A model generated the notes under the pieces. The model was not told the origin of the DNA. It did no database searches and saw only the letters and a program-made list of their open reading frames with translations. From Ginkgo biloba (Eukaryota > Plantae > Ginkgophyta): a stretch of 19,019 nt of DNA. Location: contig JANKJI020000002.1 of assembly GCA_024626585.2 (NCBI GenBank), forward strand, positions 6,671,803 through 6,690,821. The letters run 5' to 3'. Made by a program: the position numbers and the translations under genes. Position 1 is the first letter of the stretch. Every line of letters begins with the position of its first letter. Shown in pieces: positions 9,686 through 19,019 of the stretch.

Positions 9686-9911
9686 GAATACTGCCGTTCC
9701 TTTTGGAAAAATTCTTCTGAATAGTGCATTGTCATTCCTTTTCGAAAAATTCTTTGAATAGTGCATCGCCCTTCCTTTTGGAAAAATTCTTCTGAATAGT
9801 GCATTGTCATTCCTTCTGGAAAAATTCTCTGAATAGTGCATCGTCATTCCTTCTAGAAAAATTCTTCCGAACATTGCATTGTCGTTCCTTTTGGAAAAAT
9901 TCTCTGAATAG
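9686..9911. repeat. Minisatellite, ~6 copies of a 37/38-bp unit (GAATAGTGCATYGTCATTCCTTYTGGAAAAATTCT[T]CT)
   Basis: Units start at 9686 (partial), 9719, 9756, 9794, 9831, 9869, 9906 (partial). Confidence 0.95.
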
Positions 9912-10231
9912 ACAATAACTTATTAAAGAGGAACGGGTATCGCTCTAATCTGATTCACTCCAGGTTTCAGGGCAAGTTATGGAGCGTAACAAATATAGGG
10001 GGTGGATCCATCACTGAAGTAATCTACAAAATTAACTCACTAGGATCATCTCAATCTTTTGTGAAAGCATGCCTTTCACATTGCAATTGCATGAAGGGTG
10101 TACTTGGTTTTATATATCATTGGAGCATTTTGATTTATAGTTATTGATGACAACTGACTTCAATAAAGAATAAAGATTGAGATATTGTATCAATATCGAT
10201 TATAAAGGAGGTCATGTACAGATCCTTTGAG

Positions 10232-10385
10232 TATATACATGTATATATACATATACATATACATGTATATAAGTATATATACATGTATTTACATATACAT
10301 GTATGTACATATACATGTATATACATGCATATATATGTATATATACATGTATATGTGTATATACATTTACATGTATATAAATATA
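10232..10385. repeat. Degenerate (TA/CA/TG) alternating purine-pyrimidine microsatellite running into a gap
   Basis: TATATACATGTATATATACATATACAT... directly visible. Confidence 0.95.
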
Positions 10386-10485
10386 NNNNNNNNNNNNNNN
10401 NNNNNNNNNNNNNNNNNNNNNNNNNNNNNNNNNNNNNNNNNNNNNNNNNNNNNNNNNNNNNNNNNNNNNNNNNNNNNNNNNNNNN

Positions 10486-10651
10486 TGGAAGATGAACAAT
10501 CATTAGAATTTGAATAGTCATCGAGAGATGAATAGTCATTAGGCAAATGACCATTGAAAGTTGAACATCCATCGGAAGTTGAACGGTCGTTGAATTTGAA
10601 TGGTCACTAGAAGATGAAGGGTCATTGAAAGATGAACAAACATTGAGAGAT
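10486..10651. repeat. Degenerate 18-bp tandem repeat, ~9 copies (consensus ~TGAAAGATGAACAGTCAT)
   Basis: Units start at 10486, 10504, 10522, 10540 (15 nt), 10555, 10573, 10591 (17 nt), 10608, 10626, 10644 (partial). Confidence 0.88.
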
Positions 10652-11646
10652 ACTACCCATTATTGCCCATGGACATTGCCTAAAAGGGCTTACTATGTAC
10701 TCAACCAAACCTCCAGCATGAGGAATGCTAATCGTCAGTGCCTAGTAGCTATCAACGATCCACTAGGCTACACCCTATAAACCCCAAACTAGTAAGGGTG
10801 CTAGGAGTAGGCTTATTTCAACCCCTCTTCGTCACTAGGGTAACCCTAGAAGTTAAGGCATCCATCCCTATAGGCAGTTTATTTATTTATATTAAAAAAT
10901 GGTATCAAGAATCCCTAGTGATGCAATAACAAACCCTAGACTAGATATCCCACTATATGATCAACAAACCCAAGGGCTACAACAACAAACCCTAGAACTA
11001 GTAAACAAAGAGTAATCAGGAGTAGCAACTCCACTCTTGTAGGATATCTTTCAACCTACTACTAATTATCCCAAGCCCCAATTATGTGTGCATAGGGCCA
11101 ATAGGCTCCTCAAACAGAGGCGCACTTAGTCAAGGACTCTAATCCTCAACAAGTCTTCGACAAAAGACAAATTTTCCTAAACAAGTCTCTGGGACTCCCG
11201 TAGTCAAGTAGGGCATATTTTTGCATAATTACAAATAGAATATTATTGTGGCAATTACTACATTTATCTAGCATCATAGGAGCATTAAATATGCATGAAT
11301 GCAACCATTTGACCTCTTGAGGAGAGGCGCCCTACGGTTTTCAGTCATAAGTTATCCATCACAAAACTAGAGAATGGGTTTTTCTGTAAGACTGCAGAAA
11401 TTACACTAATTTATAGCAATCTGAAAACACTGCAGAAAATCAGTGTTTGTAGAATACTTACAGTTTCAGAGACTTAACTAGATAAAAGCCTCTGGTTGAA
11501 GATACCAAATACCTCTGTGGACCAAGACGCCTCCCTTCTGCAATCCTGACTGGAGCACTCTGCCCATATTCCTCAAAAGATGTAAGACTCCGCTGAGAAG
11601 CCCAGCACAACTCTGTTGGAAAGCCTATGCTTCCCTTCTGGGTCTT
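10652..11646. mobile_element. Probable non-coding/internal remnant of an LTR retrotransposon
   Basis: No intact ORF; scattered (A/T)AACCCTAG motifs (10841, 10931, 10987); adjoins tandem repeats and an LTR-like end. Pattern recognition only. Confidence 0.35.
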
Positions 11647-11746
11647 NNNNNNNNNNNNNNNNNNNNNNNNNNNNNNNNNNNNNNNNNNNNNNNNNNNNNN
11701 NNNNNNNNNNNNNNNNNNNNNNNNNNNNNNNNNNNNNNNNNNNNNN

Positions 11747-11828
11747 ATTTCGTTTATTATTTTGTTACTCTGCATTTTACATCATTCGGATCAATATTTT
11801 GGTAGTGGGACCCGTTAGGGGCACTACA
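11747..11828 (+). mobile_element. LTR 3' terminus (U5 end ...GGGACCCGTTAGGGGCACTACA)
   Basis: T-rich U5-like stretch ending in GGGGCACTACA, a typical plant LTR end with terminal CA; left side lost in gap. Confidence 0.5.
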
Positions 11829-12599
11829 TATTCGGTATAGGAACTTGTGGCTAGTCCCAGTTAGCCTCAGAGGATGGAACCTGATTTGAATGCACCAACC
11901 ATAAAGCCCCGACTCCATCTCTTGCACCAACCAACAAGACACAAGATTTAGTACCAATAAGGATGGACATTTGAGGGAATACAACCATTCCCTCCCCTCC
12001 AACTTTGCCTAAATATCCTTACGAGGATATGTTTTCTATTGATGACCCAAAAGCCATTACAAAGGCATTCTTGGCAAAACACTTTTCCTCGTGCTACAGA
12101 GTAGAATCCTCTACTAGTCCAACTCTAGGACACGGTGTTAGATAGATGGGAGGAGCTAGATATAAAAGCAATGTTGGGAGAGATGTGCTTAGGCAAGGAT
12201 ACTCCACTTCCCTCTGTGATGGTAGTTGCATATAAGACCTAGGCCAAAGGATCTGCATCCGGGGATGCCATGGAGAGGGATTCAAGTGGCAATGACCAAG
12301 AGGCGTTTGGATACACTAATGCAGCATCTTCATAGAAGAGTCCCCAAAGAGTGTGCTCATCTTTTGGCTCTATCATGCAACCTGTAGATAACCATCCTCC
12401 CTAATTTCAACAATGCATGTTGAATATTGTGGTAGGAGGGTTTCACTAGTCATTTTAGGTGACAAACAAATTGCACAAAGCTCATTCTTGGGAATTTTGG
12501 AATTGACTTCTAGTATGGGAGATCCAGGTCACCTATCATAAGTGCCAATGCAAGCGAGAACAATTGTTGACCTGGATTGATAAGGGACCAAAGGAGTGG

Positions 12600-13135
12600 G
12601 TCTCCTACATCTAGTAAGCCAACATGGGAGGTTTAGAAGAATTCAAAACCCTCGAGGAGGTAGATCTATTCATGAGACCCTTGGTGAAGAAAGCATAATG
12701 GGTGTCATTAGAAGGCAACATCAGATATATGGAGCAACTAACGAATGTGTATAACTTAGAGGAGGTTGAGCGAGAGCTAGAGGAGCTCCGTATTGATTTC
12801 GCCTATGTGATAAAGGCTAGGGATCGAGAGGCAATTCAATCACAGGCTAGGATAGAGTTGGTTGCTCTTTGGTCAAAGCAACAGGCTTGAATGGAGGCCG
12901 AATGACAGAATTGGTGGGAGTTCACGAAAAGTGTATGGAAGTTGCATATCGGAAGTTGTAGTAGGAGAATCAATACACTTTGGAGGAGTAGTTGTCCTAC
13001 TTAAGGCTAACTTTAAAGGTTGAGAGGTAGATGCTTGTGATTGAGCATCAACAACAACTTGTAGGACTAGAGTAAAATTTGGCCAAGGAGTGGTGAGAGC
13101 GAGTGCAGATGGCACATGCAGGGATCTCTCCTGAT
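12600..13135 (+). pseudogene. Decayed coiled-coil ORF, likely a retrotransposon accessory ORF
   Basis: SLEGNIRYMEQLTNVYNLEEVERELEELRIDFAYVIKARDREAIQSQARIELVALWSKQQA*MEAE*: E/R/L-rich heptad pattern broken by TGA/TAG stops typical of methylation decay. Confidence 0.4.
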
Positions 13136-13542
13136 GAAATGTTCATCCTCTGCTCGACGCTGATGGGAGTAATGGTAACAGTAGATTAATGGCATTGAAA
13201 ATCCTACAAATTGATTTTTTGCTGAGATCTCTCGATAATTTTGATCTTTCAGTTGATTCTATAGAGATGTGTTTGATGTTCGACATAAAATTCTTGTAAA
13301 AAGCTAAACCGTGATGTTATTTTATATTATATGTGCAATTTCTGCACCTTAACAAGTTTTAATTATCAGTGTCTTAACTATGCACTTGCTTTTATAAATA
13401 TTTTAGGTAGTGTGTTCTGTTATCTGAGCTGTAGTTGTCGCTGCAAAATGATAGCTAATATTTTCCTATTTAAAGCTGGTCAAGTTTTGGCATAAACCGC
13501 TTTTCAGCATTACTAAACCTCTATAGGTTTTCTGGAATGCAG

Positions 13543-13635
13543 GATTATGGTTATGCTGTACTTGATGTTCAGAAGCTCTTGGCATGCAATATCACTGATT
13601 TATGCTTTTCAAGGTTTCTTCTCTTGCTGTTACAG
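13543..13635 (+). CDS. RSY3: TilS/RSY3-like internal exon D, 93 nt, phase 0/0
   Basis: TGCAG|GAT ... CAG|GTATGT; DYGYAVLDVQKLLACNITDLCFSRFLLLLLQ matches recalled plant RSY3 GYAxxDLExLxPSxxxDICLSKxxxxVLQ. Absent from the ORF track. Confidence 0.88.
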
Positions 13636-13795
13636 GTATGTTGTTTTTAAGAAGTGTTATAGTAGAAGATGTTGTGTATATCCCTTCATCATTTACCCAG
13701 GAGTGAAGTTGTGCTAAGATGTATAGATTTTTTCAGTTGTTGCTACTTCATACTCTGTTGCTTACTGATGTTGTTTATTTTTAATTGCCTCGTAG

Positions 13796-13876
13796 TTCGT
13801 CTCCCAGAAGTGCAGGCCACTTCGAGGAAAGGTTATTGAAATGCTTATTAACTACATCTGCAGTTATCCTTGCAAG
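13796..13876 (+). CDS. RSY3: TilS/RSY3-like internal exon E, 81 nt, phase 0/0
   Basis: CGTAG|TTC ... AAG|GTTTGT; FVSQKCRPLRGKVIEMLINYICSYPCK matches recalled FISQRxRPxRGxTSKLLLxYIRxxPCK/R. Confidence 0.9.
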
Positions 13877-14448
13877 GTTTGTCAGACACTGCTGTGTTGC
13901 CAACTGCTTGATGTTTTATTCTCTTATTGCTTCTCATTGTGATGGTGGGCATCATTGTTGTTTGACATTTCCCATGTTTAAATATTTGCAAAATATGGGT
14001 TTGGTTTCAAGGAGATTGTAGGCTAATTTTATTGTNNNNNNNNNNNNNNNNNNNNNNNNNNNNNNNNNNNNNNNNNNNNNNNNNNNNNNNNNNNNNNNNN
14101 NNNNNNNNNNNNNNNNNNNNNNNNNNNNNNNNNNNATGAGTTATTAATGCATACGTAATAAACCCCATTGGTGGATTGTGGGACGTACGAGGTACCCAAA
14201 TTACCCCGACATTTATGAACTTAACTTACACTTTCTCTTTGGCTTTAAATGAATATGCGACAAGTAAGAGGTAGAGACAGAGAAGCGGCAAAAAGTGTGG
14301 TATGACTAACACATAAAGTCACTTAACTTTTGTAAGGAGACAAAATTCTCCTATACGATAGAAAATTTAGGACCACGCTTGGTAAATTGAAAATAAGGTG
14401 GCTTGGCCTCTTTTTCATAGAGGAGATTAATAGTAATGGTTTAATAAC

Positions 14449-15460
14449 TTTTTTTTTTTTTAAATAAGTGGTTCTATTAATCAAAAAGATTACAAGAAGT
14501 TTATAGCAAAGTTGGGTGGCATTAGGCAAATCCACTGGAACAAAGGGTAGTTATACATTGTGTCGAAATCCAAAGACTTGGATCCTCAATAGAAACTACA
14601 ACCTAGAGGCGAGGTGCTCCTCTTAGGACTACAAGACATTTGAACGACATTATGCACCAAAATGCCACGTAGGGCTCCAAAACAAGACATACCCTGATTG
14701 GGAATAGCCATGCATGACACCAAAGCAAGAGAAACCCTAACTGGGAATGAATATGGCACCAAGTAGGGCCTTCACTCACAAGGAAGCAAATGATAAAGGA
14801 CCGATTATGCTTCAGAGGAATAACTTTTGCCAACAAAGTCGTAGAACAAGCAAAATTGAACTTCTGCAAACACAAAATGTTGTCGCAGAAGCACAAAGGA
14901 ATAAAAAACAGTAACACAATACGGATACCACATAGAGCATCGAGATACAATAGGACCCTAAAAGCTGTCACCAACAGAAATGCCAAACTGAGAGAATAAC
15001 TGGAGGTACAGGCTGAAGTCAAACTGCGAAATGCTAGTGTCATAAAACAAGCATACCTGCCCACAACAGAGGTAATGCNNNNNNNNNNNNNNNNNNNNNN
15101 NNNNNNNNNNNNNNNNNAACAATTGGGAACTACTCACACCAAGCCCATCAAGAGCCAGCTGAACGAAACCTTCTAGAGGGAGATCTCCAAGGAACAATGC
15201 TGTCGCCTTGCATTCACCTCCAAGGACGAACTGGCCACCAACATACAGACGAAAGACAACACGACCGAGGGAAACCAGGCTATTCTCCAGAGACACCATT
15301 CCTACCACACATTAAAGACCCTCTTGCCCTTACATTCCACCAGAGAACTGCACCCCACAACTGATCTAAACCCGAGGGTTAAGGGAAGGGAGTCGCCTTT
15401 GTGGTGGAGGAGAAGCTTCCCTCCTTCCTCCATTAAACCCTAGTAGAGCCGGTTCTTCGA
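14449..15460 (-). mobile_element. Poly(A)-tailed retroposon (short non-autonomous or internally deleted LINE derivative)
   Basis: T13 at 14449-14461 is a poly(A) tail on the - strand, preceded by ...TTGTAATCTTTTTGATTAATAGAACCACTTATTT. The other end is GC-rich with CTAGGGTTT. Strong A/C skew on +. A gap at 15079-15117 lies inside; no exact TSD. Confidence 0.55.
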
Positions 15461-16142
15461 CTTTAAACAATTTTAAATCAATGGGACTTTATACAATTTC
15501 AAATTTACATGGTTCGGTAAATTTGAAGCAATTGCATGGTCAGTTGTTAACCACATTGGTTAATTGCAATTGCCTAAAATCGTATTACAATTAGATTCAA
15601 ATGCAGGCATGCTTATACAAACTTGTTGCGGTTATGGTATTGGTATGGTGAAAACATACCAAAATTCCATAAAAATTTGAAAAAGATAAATACCCCCAAA
15701 AAATGAAAAAATAACAAAAAACAATGGGTACAACATAAAATTGGATTTAAGAGCTTTATAAAGACTAGTACAACCACTTGAGGAAGGCCATCATCAATGC
15801 TAATTTGGCCTAGGGAGGAAATGGCAATGCGCTACATGAATAACCATTACAACCTACTCTCTCTCTCAAGAAAATTGTTTGAGGGTAAGGGGGCAAGGGG
15901 CTAGAAGTGGGATTACCCTACCCAATTTCCTTACAATACTTGCTCGAGTGAGGACACTTAAAGATAATAGTGTTCAGTGAGATGTTTGCAAGATATTTGT
16001 CCCTGACGAATAATACAAATTGATGACATGATTCATCCGATGNNNNNNNNNNNNNNNNNNNNNNNNNNNNNNNNNNNNNNNNNNNNNNNNNNNNNNNNNN
16101 NNNNNNNNNNNNNNNNNNNNNNNNNNNNNNNNNNNNNNNNNN

Positions 16143-17080
16143 CGAATGCAACTGTGGTTTAACATGAAAAAGCTCGTGGATGAATATTAACCCTGTTGGA
16201 AGAAGAATTGCAATTTCTGTGGAACTGACTGTTGGATGTGTGATTGTTGTTGAAATCACTGTGAGACTGTGGATGTTTGGACATAACCTTTTGTTGCGAA
16301 GATAGAGGGCCGTGAGGCAAGATCAAGTGTATCCCTATGAGAGAAAAACAAAAAAAAAAGTGCATATTAGACCATTGTAGGTCGGGAGAAGGCACACAAA
16401 CATGCTGAACAAGTTTGTGGCCTTTGGAGGATGCTCGATGAAGTCTTTATAATAGACTGTGGATCTCCAAAGATGATATGAGGCAGGATTTGCCTGGAGT
16501 TGAACTCACGGGGGAGATCTACTGTTCGAGGGAGAGAAGCCATAGCCTTTGAACCTTGGTGGTTTGCATCAGACGAAGCTACCAGAGAAAATAAGTCGTT
16601 GAGAGTCCCCTGTAAGGGAGGTTGAGGACGAGTCGATGCGCTGTGGAAACTCGGGATTGCTTGATGTTGGAGAACCATACACATACCACTTCGTGGAAAA
16701 CCTAGACATCGGGAGAAGCTGAACAACGGGAGACGCAACGCCAGGAGACAGTGAAGATTGCAGAGTTGATCAGTTTGCGTTGGGTGAACGAACTAGGAAA
16801 TGGGCTTGTAGAGTCGTTAGTCAGTTGTGGAGGACGCAAAAGATTCTGATAAGGGTCATTGTGAGTATGTTGGGAGGAGGTAGTAGTTTGTGCGACGTCG
16901 GAGCTAGAGCACGTTGCAGAGCAACACGAAATCGCCAAGGCCAAACACATTTGCAGAGAAGGATGGGCATATCGACATGCTGTGAAGGGTCGCACTAGTA
17001 GAAGCTCGGGAGACACACCACGTTGTGAGAATTGAATCAATTCGCAATTGCGATTAAGGAGACGGAGGGACGTGCAGTGG
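16143..17080. mobile_element. GC- and CpG-rich non-coding block, probable LTR/leader of a relatively young retroelement
   Basis: Purine-skewed, many intact CpGs compared with CpG-depleted flanks; overlapping ORFs have no recognisable motifs. Confidence 0.35.
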
Positions 17081-18171
17081 CAAATTCATAAACAGTTTTA
17101 ATTTTTTTCTATAAAAATATTTCCCTAAGTTTGAGTAAAATAAAAATAAAAAAGTTCTTAAATCTTTTAGGCCCTAGTCATGTCGAGAAAGGAGCTAATT
17201 GTGTTTCTAGAGCTCTTAGGTGTGTTTTAATTTCTTAAAAGACAGAGGTGTGTGAAAAGGAATTTTCTTTCATTTAAAGGTGNNNNNNNNNNNNNNNNNN
17301 NNNNNNNNNNNNNNNNNNNNNNNNNNNNNNNNNNNNNNNNNNNNNNNNNNNNNNNNNNNNNNNNNNNNNNNNNNNNNNNNNNAGATGCCTTAGACAAACA
17401 CTAAAATATTGAACCTAGAATAATGGTTTTAAAGGGTTCTCGTTATGATATGTAGCTAGAAGTGTAAGACTATTACATTTTTAATTTTCTTTCATCTCTT
17501 ATGAGATCTATAGACATGTGGCTCTCTTTTCTGAAAGGGCTCTTTCTACTAAATGGTTGCGATTTAGGGAAAGCAACATAGATGATGATGTACAATGCAT
17601 CAATTCATTTTTCCAACCTTTAACATACACGAGTGGAGAGATATGCTTCGTGAGCTCATAAATCAACTAGAGATCAAACAAACATATTTTGGAGACACAA
17701 GTCACTAGAGGACTTTGTACATGGTACCAAACTTGACGCCCCAAGAGATCGGTTTCATTCGAGGCATGGACTAGAGCCAAAGGACGAGCACTTATCTCTA
17801 GATTGTTTATAGCTATAGACTGTCTCTCTTGAGTGACTTCTATGCAATGCCTGGTCACCTCATATCTCTCTCAGCTAATCACCTCGTGCAACCCAAAATG
17901 AACTCTCCTTTGAGATCACACATCAAACCCCACCAATTGTCAAGTCGTAAATGAGTACTCTACAGAAGATATTATTAGATAGCCTCTAGGTGAGCTTATA
18001 GTTATTAAAGAGAGTCAAGAACTTGATGCTTGAATCGTACTAAGTTACATGGGCATCCATTTTATACTTATTGGATTGCATTACTATTTAATGGGTAGTG
18101 AATTGGTAATTCTGCTTGAGTGCTTTGTACTTTATTTGCAAGATTATGATATTGTTGTTGCTATTACGTAC

Positions 18172-18236
18172 ATAGGACATAAATGAGCTTAAGCAGTCCC
18201 ATAGATGTATTGTTTAAGCTTGTCTATGGGACCTAT
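18172..18236. repeat. 65-bp imperfect inverted repeat (fold-back)
   Basis: 18178-18197 pairs with 18209-18228 (15 WC, 4 G-U, 1 mismatch), plus outer ATAGG/CCTAT. Confidence 0.8.
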
Positions 18237-19019
18237 TGATTATTGTGGTCATTGGTGAATACCAACATTACTTCCATATCTATTTCTAATTTCTCAAATC
18301 TACCTTGAGTAGTCTGAAAGACAAAGAGAACAAGAGAAATCATACCAAGAGAAAAGTCAAAGTTCCAATTTGCAATAATCAATAACAAAATTCTATCTTT
18401 TGTCTTTTTTATTACCACTTGTGGTCTGAAATCTTCTTCCATTAAACTACGTTGCTCTTATGGTGGGTTCGAGGCTAAAGTAAGGGTAATTGTTCTTATT
18501 GAATGATTTATAATTTTGCTTGTACTTTGGTTTTGTTGGCAGAACCTTGGATTTTGCTCAATTGAACTTGGGTTTTGCCTGGTGAATCTTAATGCACCCA
18601 CCCTGTAATAGCTCCACTATTTGTGTTGGGAAGACAACCATGCTCAACAACACATGTTAAAGCATTAGAGTACACAATATAATCCCTCGCATATAATAGG
18701 GCTACTATTCTAGAGGACACTAACATAAGGGTAACAACATCCATTATTGGCCTTGAGGATGACCTTAAAGACTTATTGTTTTCATAGCCAAACTTCTAGT
18801 TGCATTCCCATGCGATTGTCAATGCATAGTAACTAGAGAAACTTTACTAGACTCTATCTCTTCACGTAATGTCAGTAATGGTGTCAGGCTTTAGGTATCA
18901 TTTCAACCTCTTTTTGGCACTTGGAATCCTAGGAGGGCTCCACCCTTAGCTAGCAATACTTATTTCTTTTAGTATCGGGATCTTTGTTGTAGGTATCCAT
19001 TCAACTTATTTATATGAAT
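18237..19019 (-). mobile_element. Possible heavily decayed LINE ORF1 region
   Basis: Minus-strand fragment PQVVIKKTKDRILLLIIANWNF loosely resembles the start of plant L1 ORF1; many stops; weak. Confidence 0.25.

Larger units (their letters stand above)
4923..13542 (+). other. RSY3: ~8.6-kb GT-AG intron filled with TE debris and tandem repeats (contains 6 N-gaps, so true length uncertain)
   Basis: GTAAGT at 4923 and TGCAG ending 13542 join exons C and D in phase 0, with colinear protein (...VSVNE|DYGYAVLD...). Confidence 0.8.

Noticed and set aside
9686-9911. CRISPR-like array or heat-shock element cluster
   Set aside because: Units are contiguous with no unique spacers, in a eukaryotic intron. 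GAA/TTC spacing is mostly 3 nt, not the 2 nt of canonical HSEs. ORF 9653-9874 is a by-product of the repeat.
10141-10572. Four overlapping Y/I/H/M/C-rich ORFs
   Set aside because: Translations of the TA/CA microsatellite plus N-gap.
10775-10995. Telomeric repeat / telo-box cluster
   Set aside because: Isolated AAACCCTAG-type motifs, not tandem TTTAGGG arrays; common in plant retroelement leaders.
13785-14021. 78-aa ORF from the track
   Set aside because: Wrong frame over true exon E (13796-13876) and its downstream intron.
13877-19019. Next RSY3 exon (TSLTAAGCYL-like)
   Set aside because: Not found by eye; presumably right of the window or hidden in a gap.

Overview
AT-rich eukaryotic nuclear DNA from a large-genome land plant (probably a gymnosperm or fern; inferred from intron size, TE load and style), from a draft assembly with 11 N-gaps. 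The whole window lies inside one + strand gene, a plant tRNA(Ile)-lysidine synthase (TilS/RASPBERRY3, RSY3-like). Five internal exons are readable: 3178-3354, 4342-~4444, ~4813-4922, 13543-13635 and 13796-13876. The first and last exons lie outside the window. The introns hold decayed retroelements (a LINE with ORF1 and AP-endonuclease at 1-2156 on the - strand, LTR fragments, a poly(A)-tailed element) and tandem repeats. The standout is the 368-nt intron at ~4443/4445-4810/4812. No AG acceptor preserves the conserved G/C-x-F-R-S-D stretch, so the homology-colinear junction is GT-TG or GT-AT. The 5' splice region pairs with the intron 3' end in a 17-nt long-range helix. The intron core is GC-rich and multi-hairpin, and displays a perfect U12-type 5' splice-site motif in a hairpin loop. 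It is a candidate structure-controlled, non-canonical splicing element. Homologue comparisons are from memory, not from a search.
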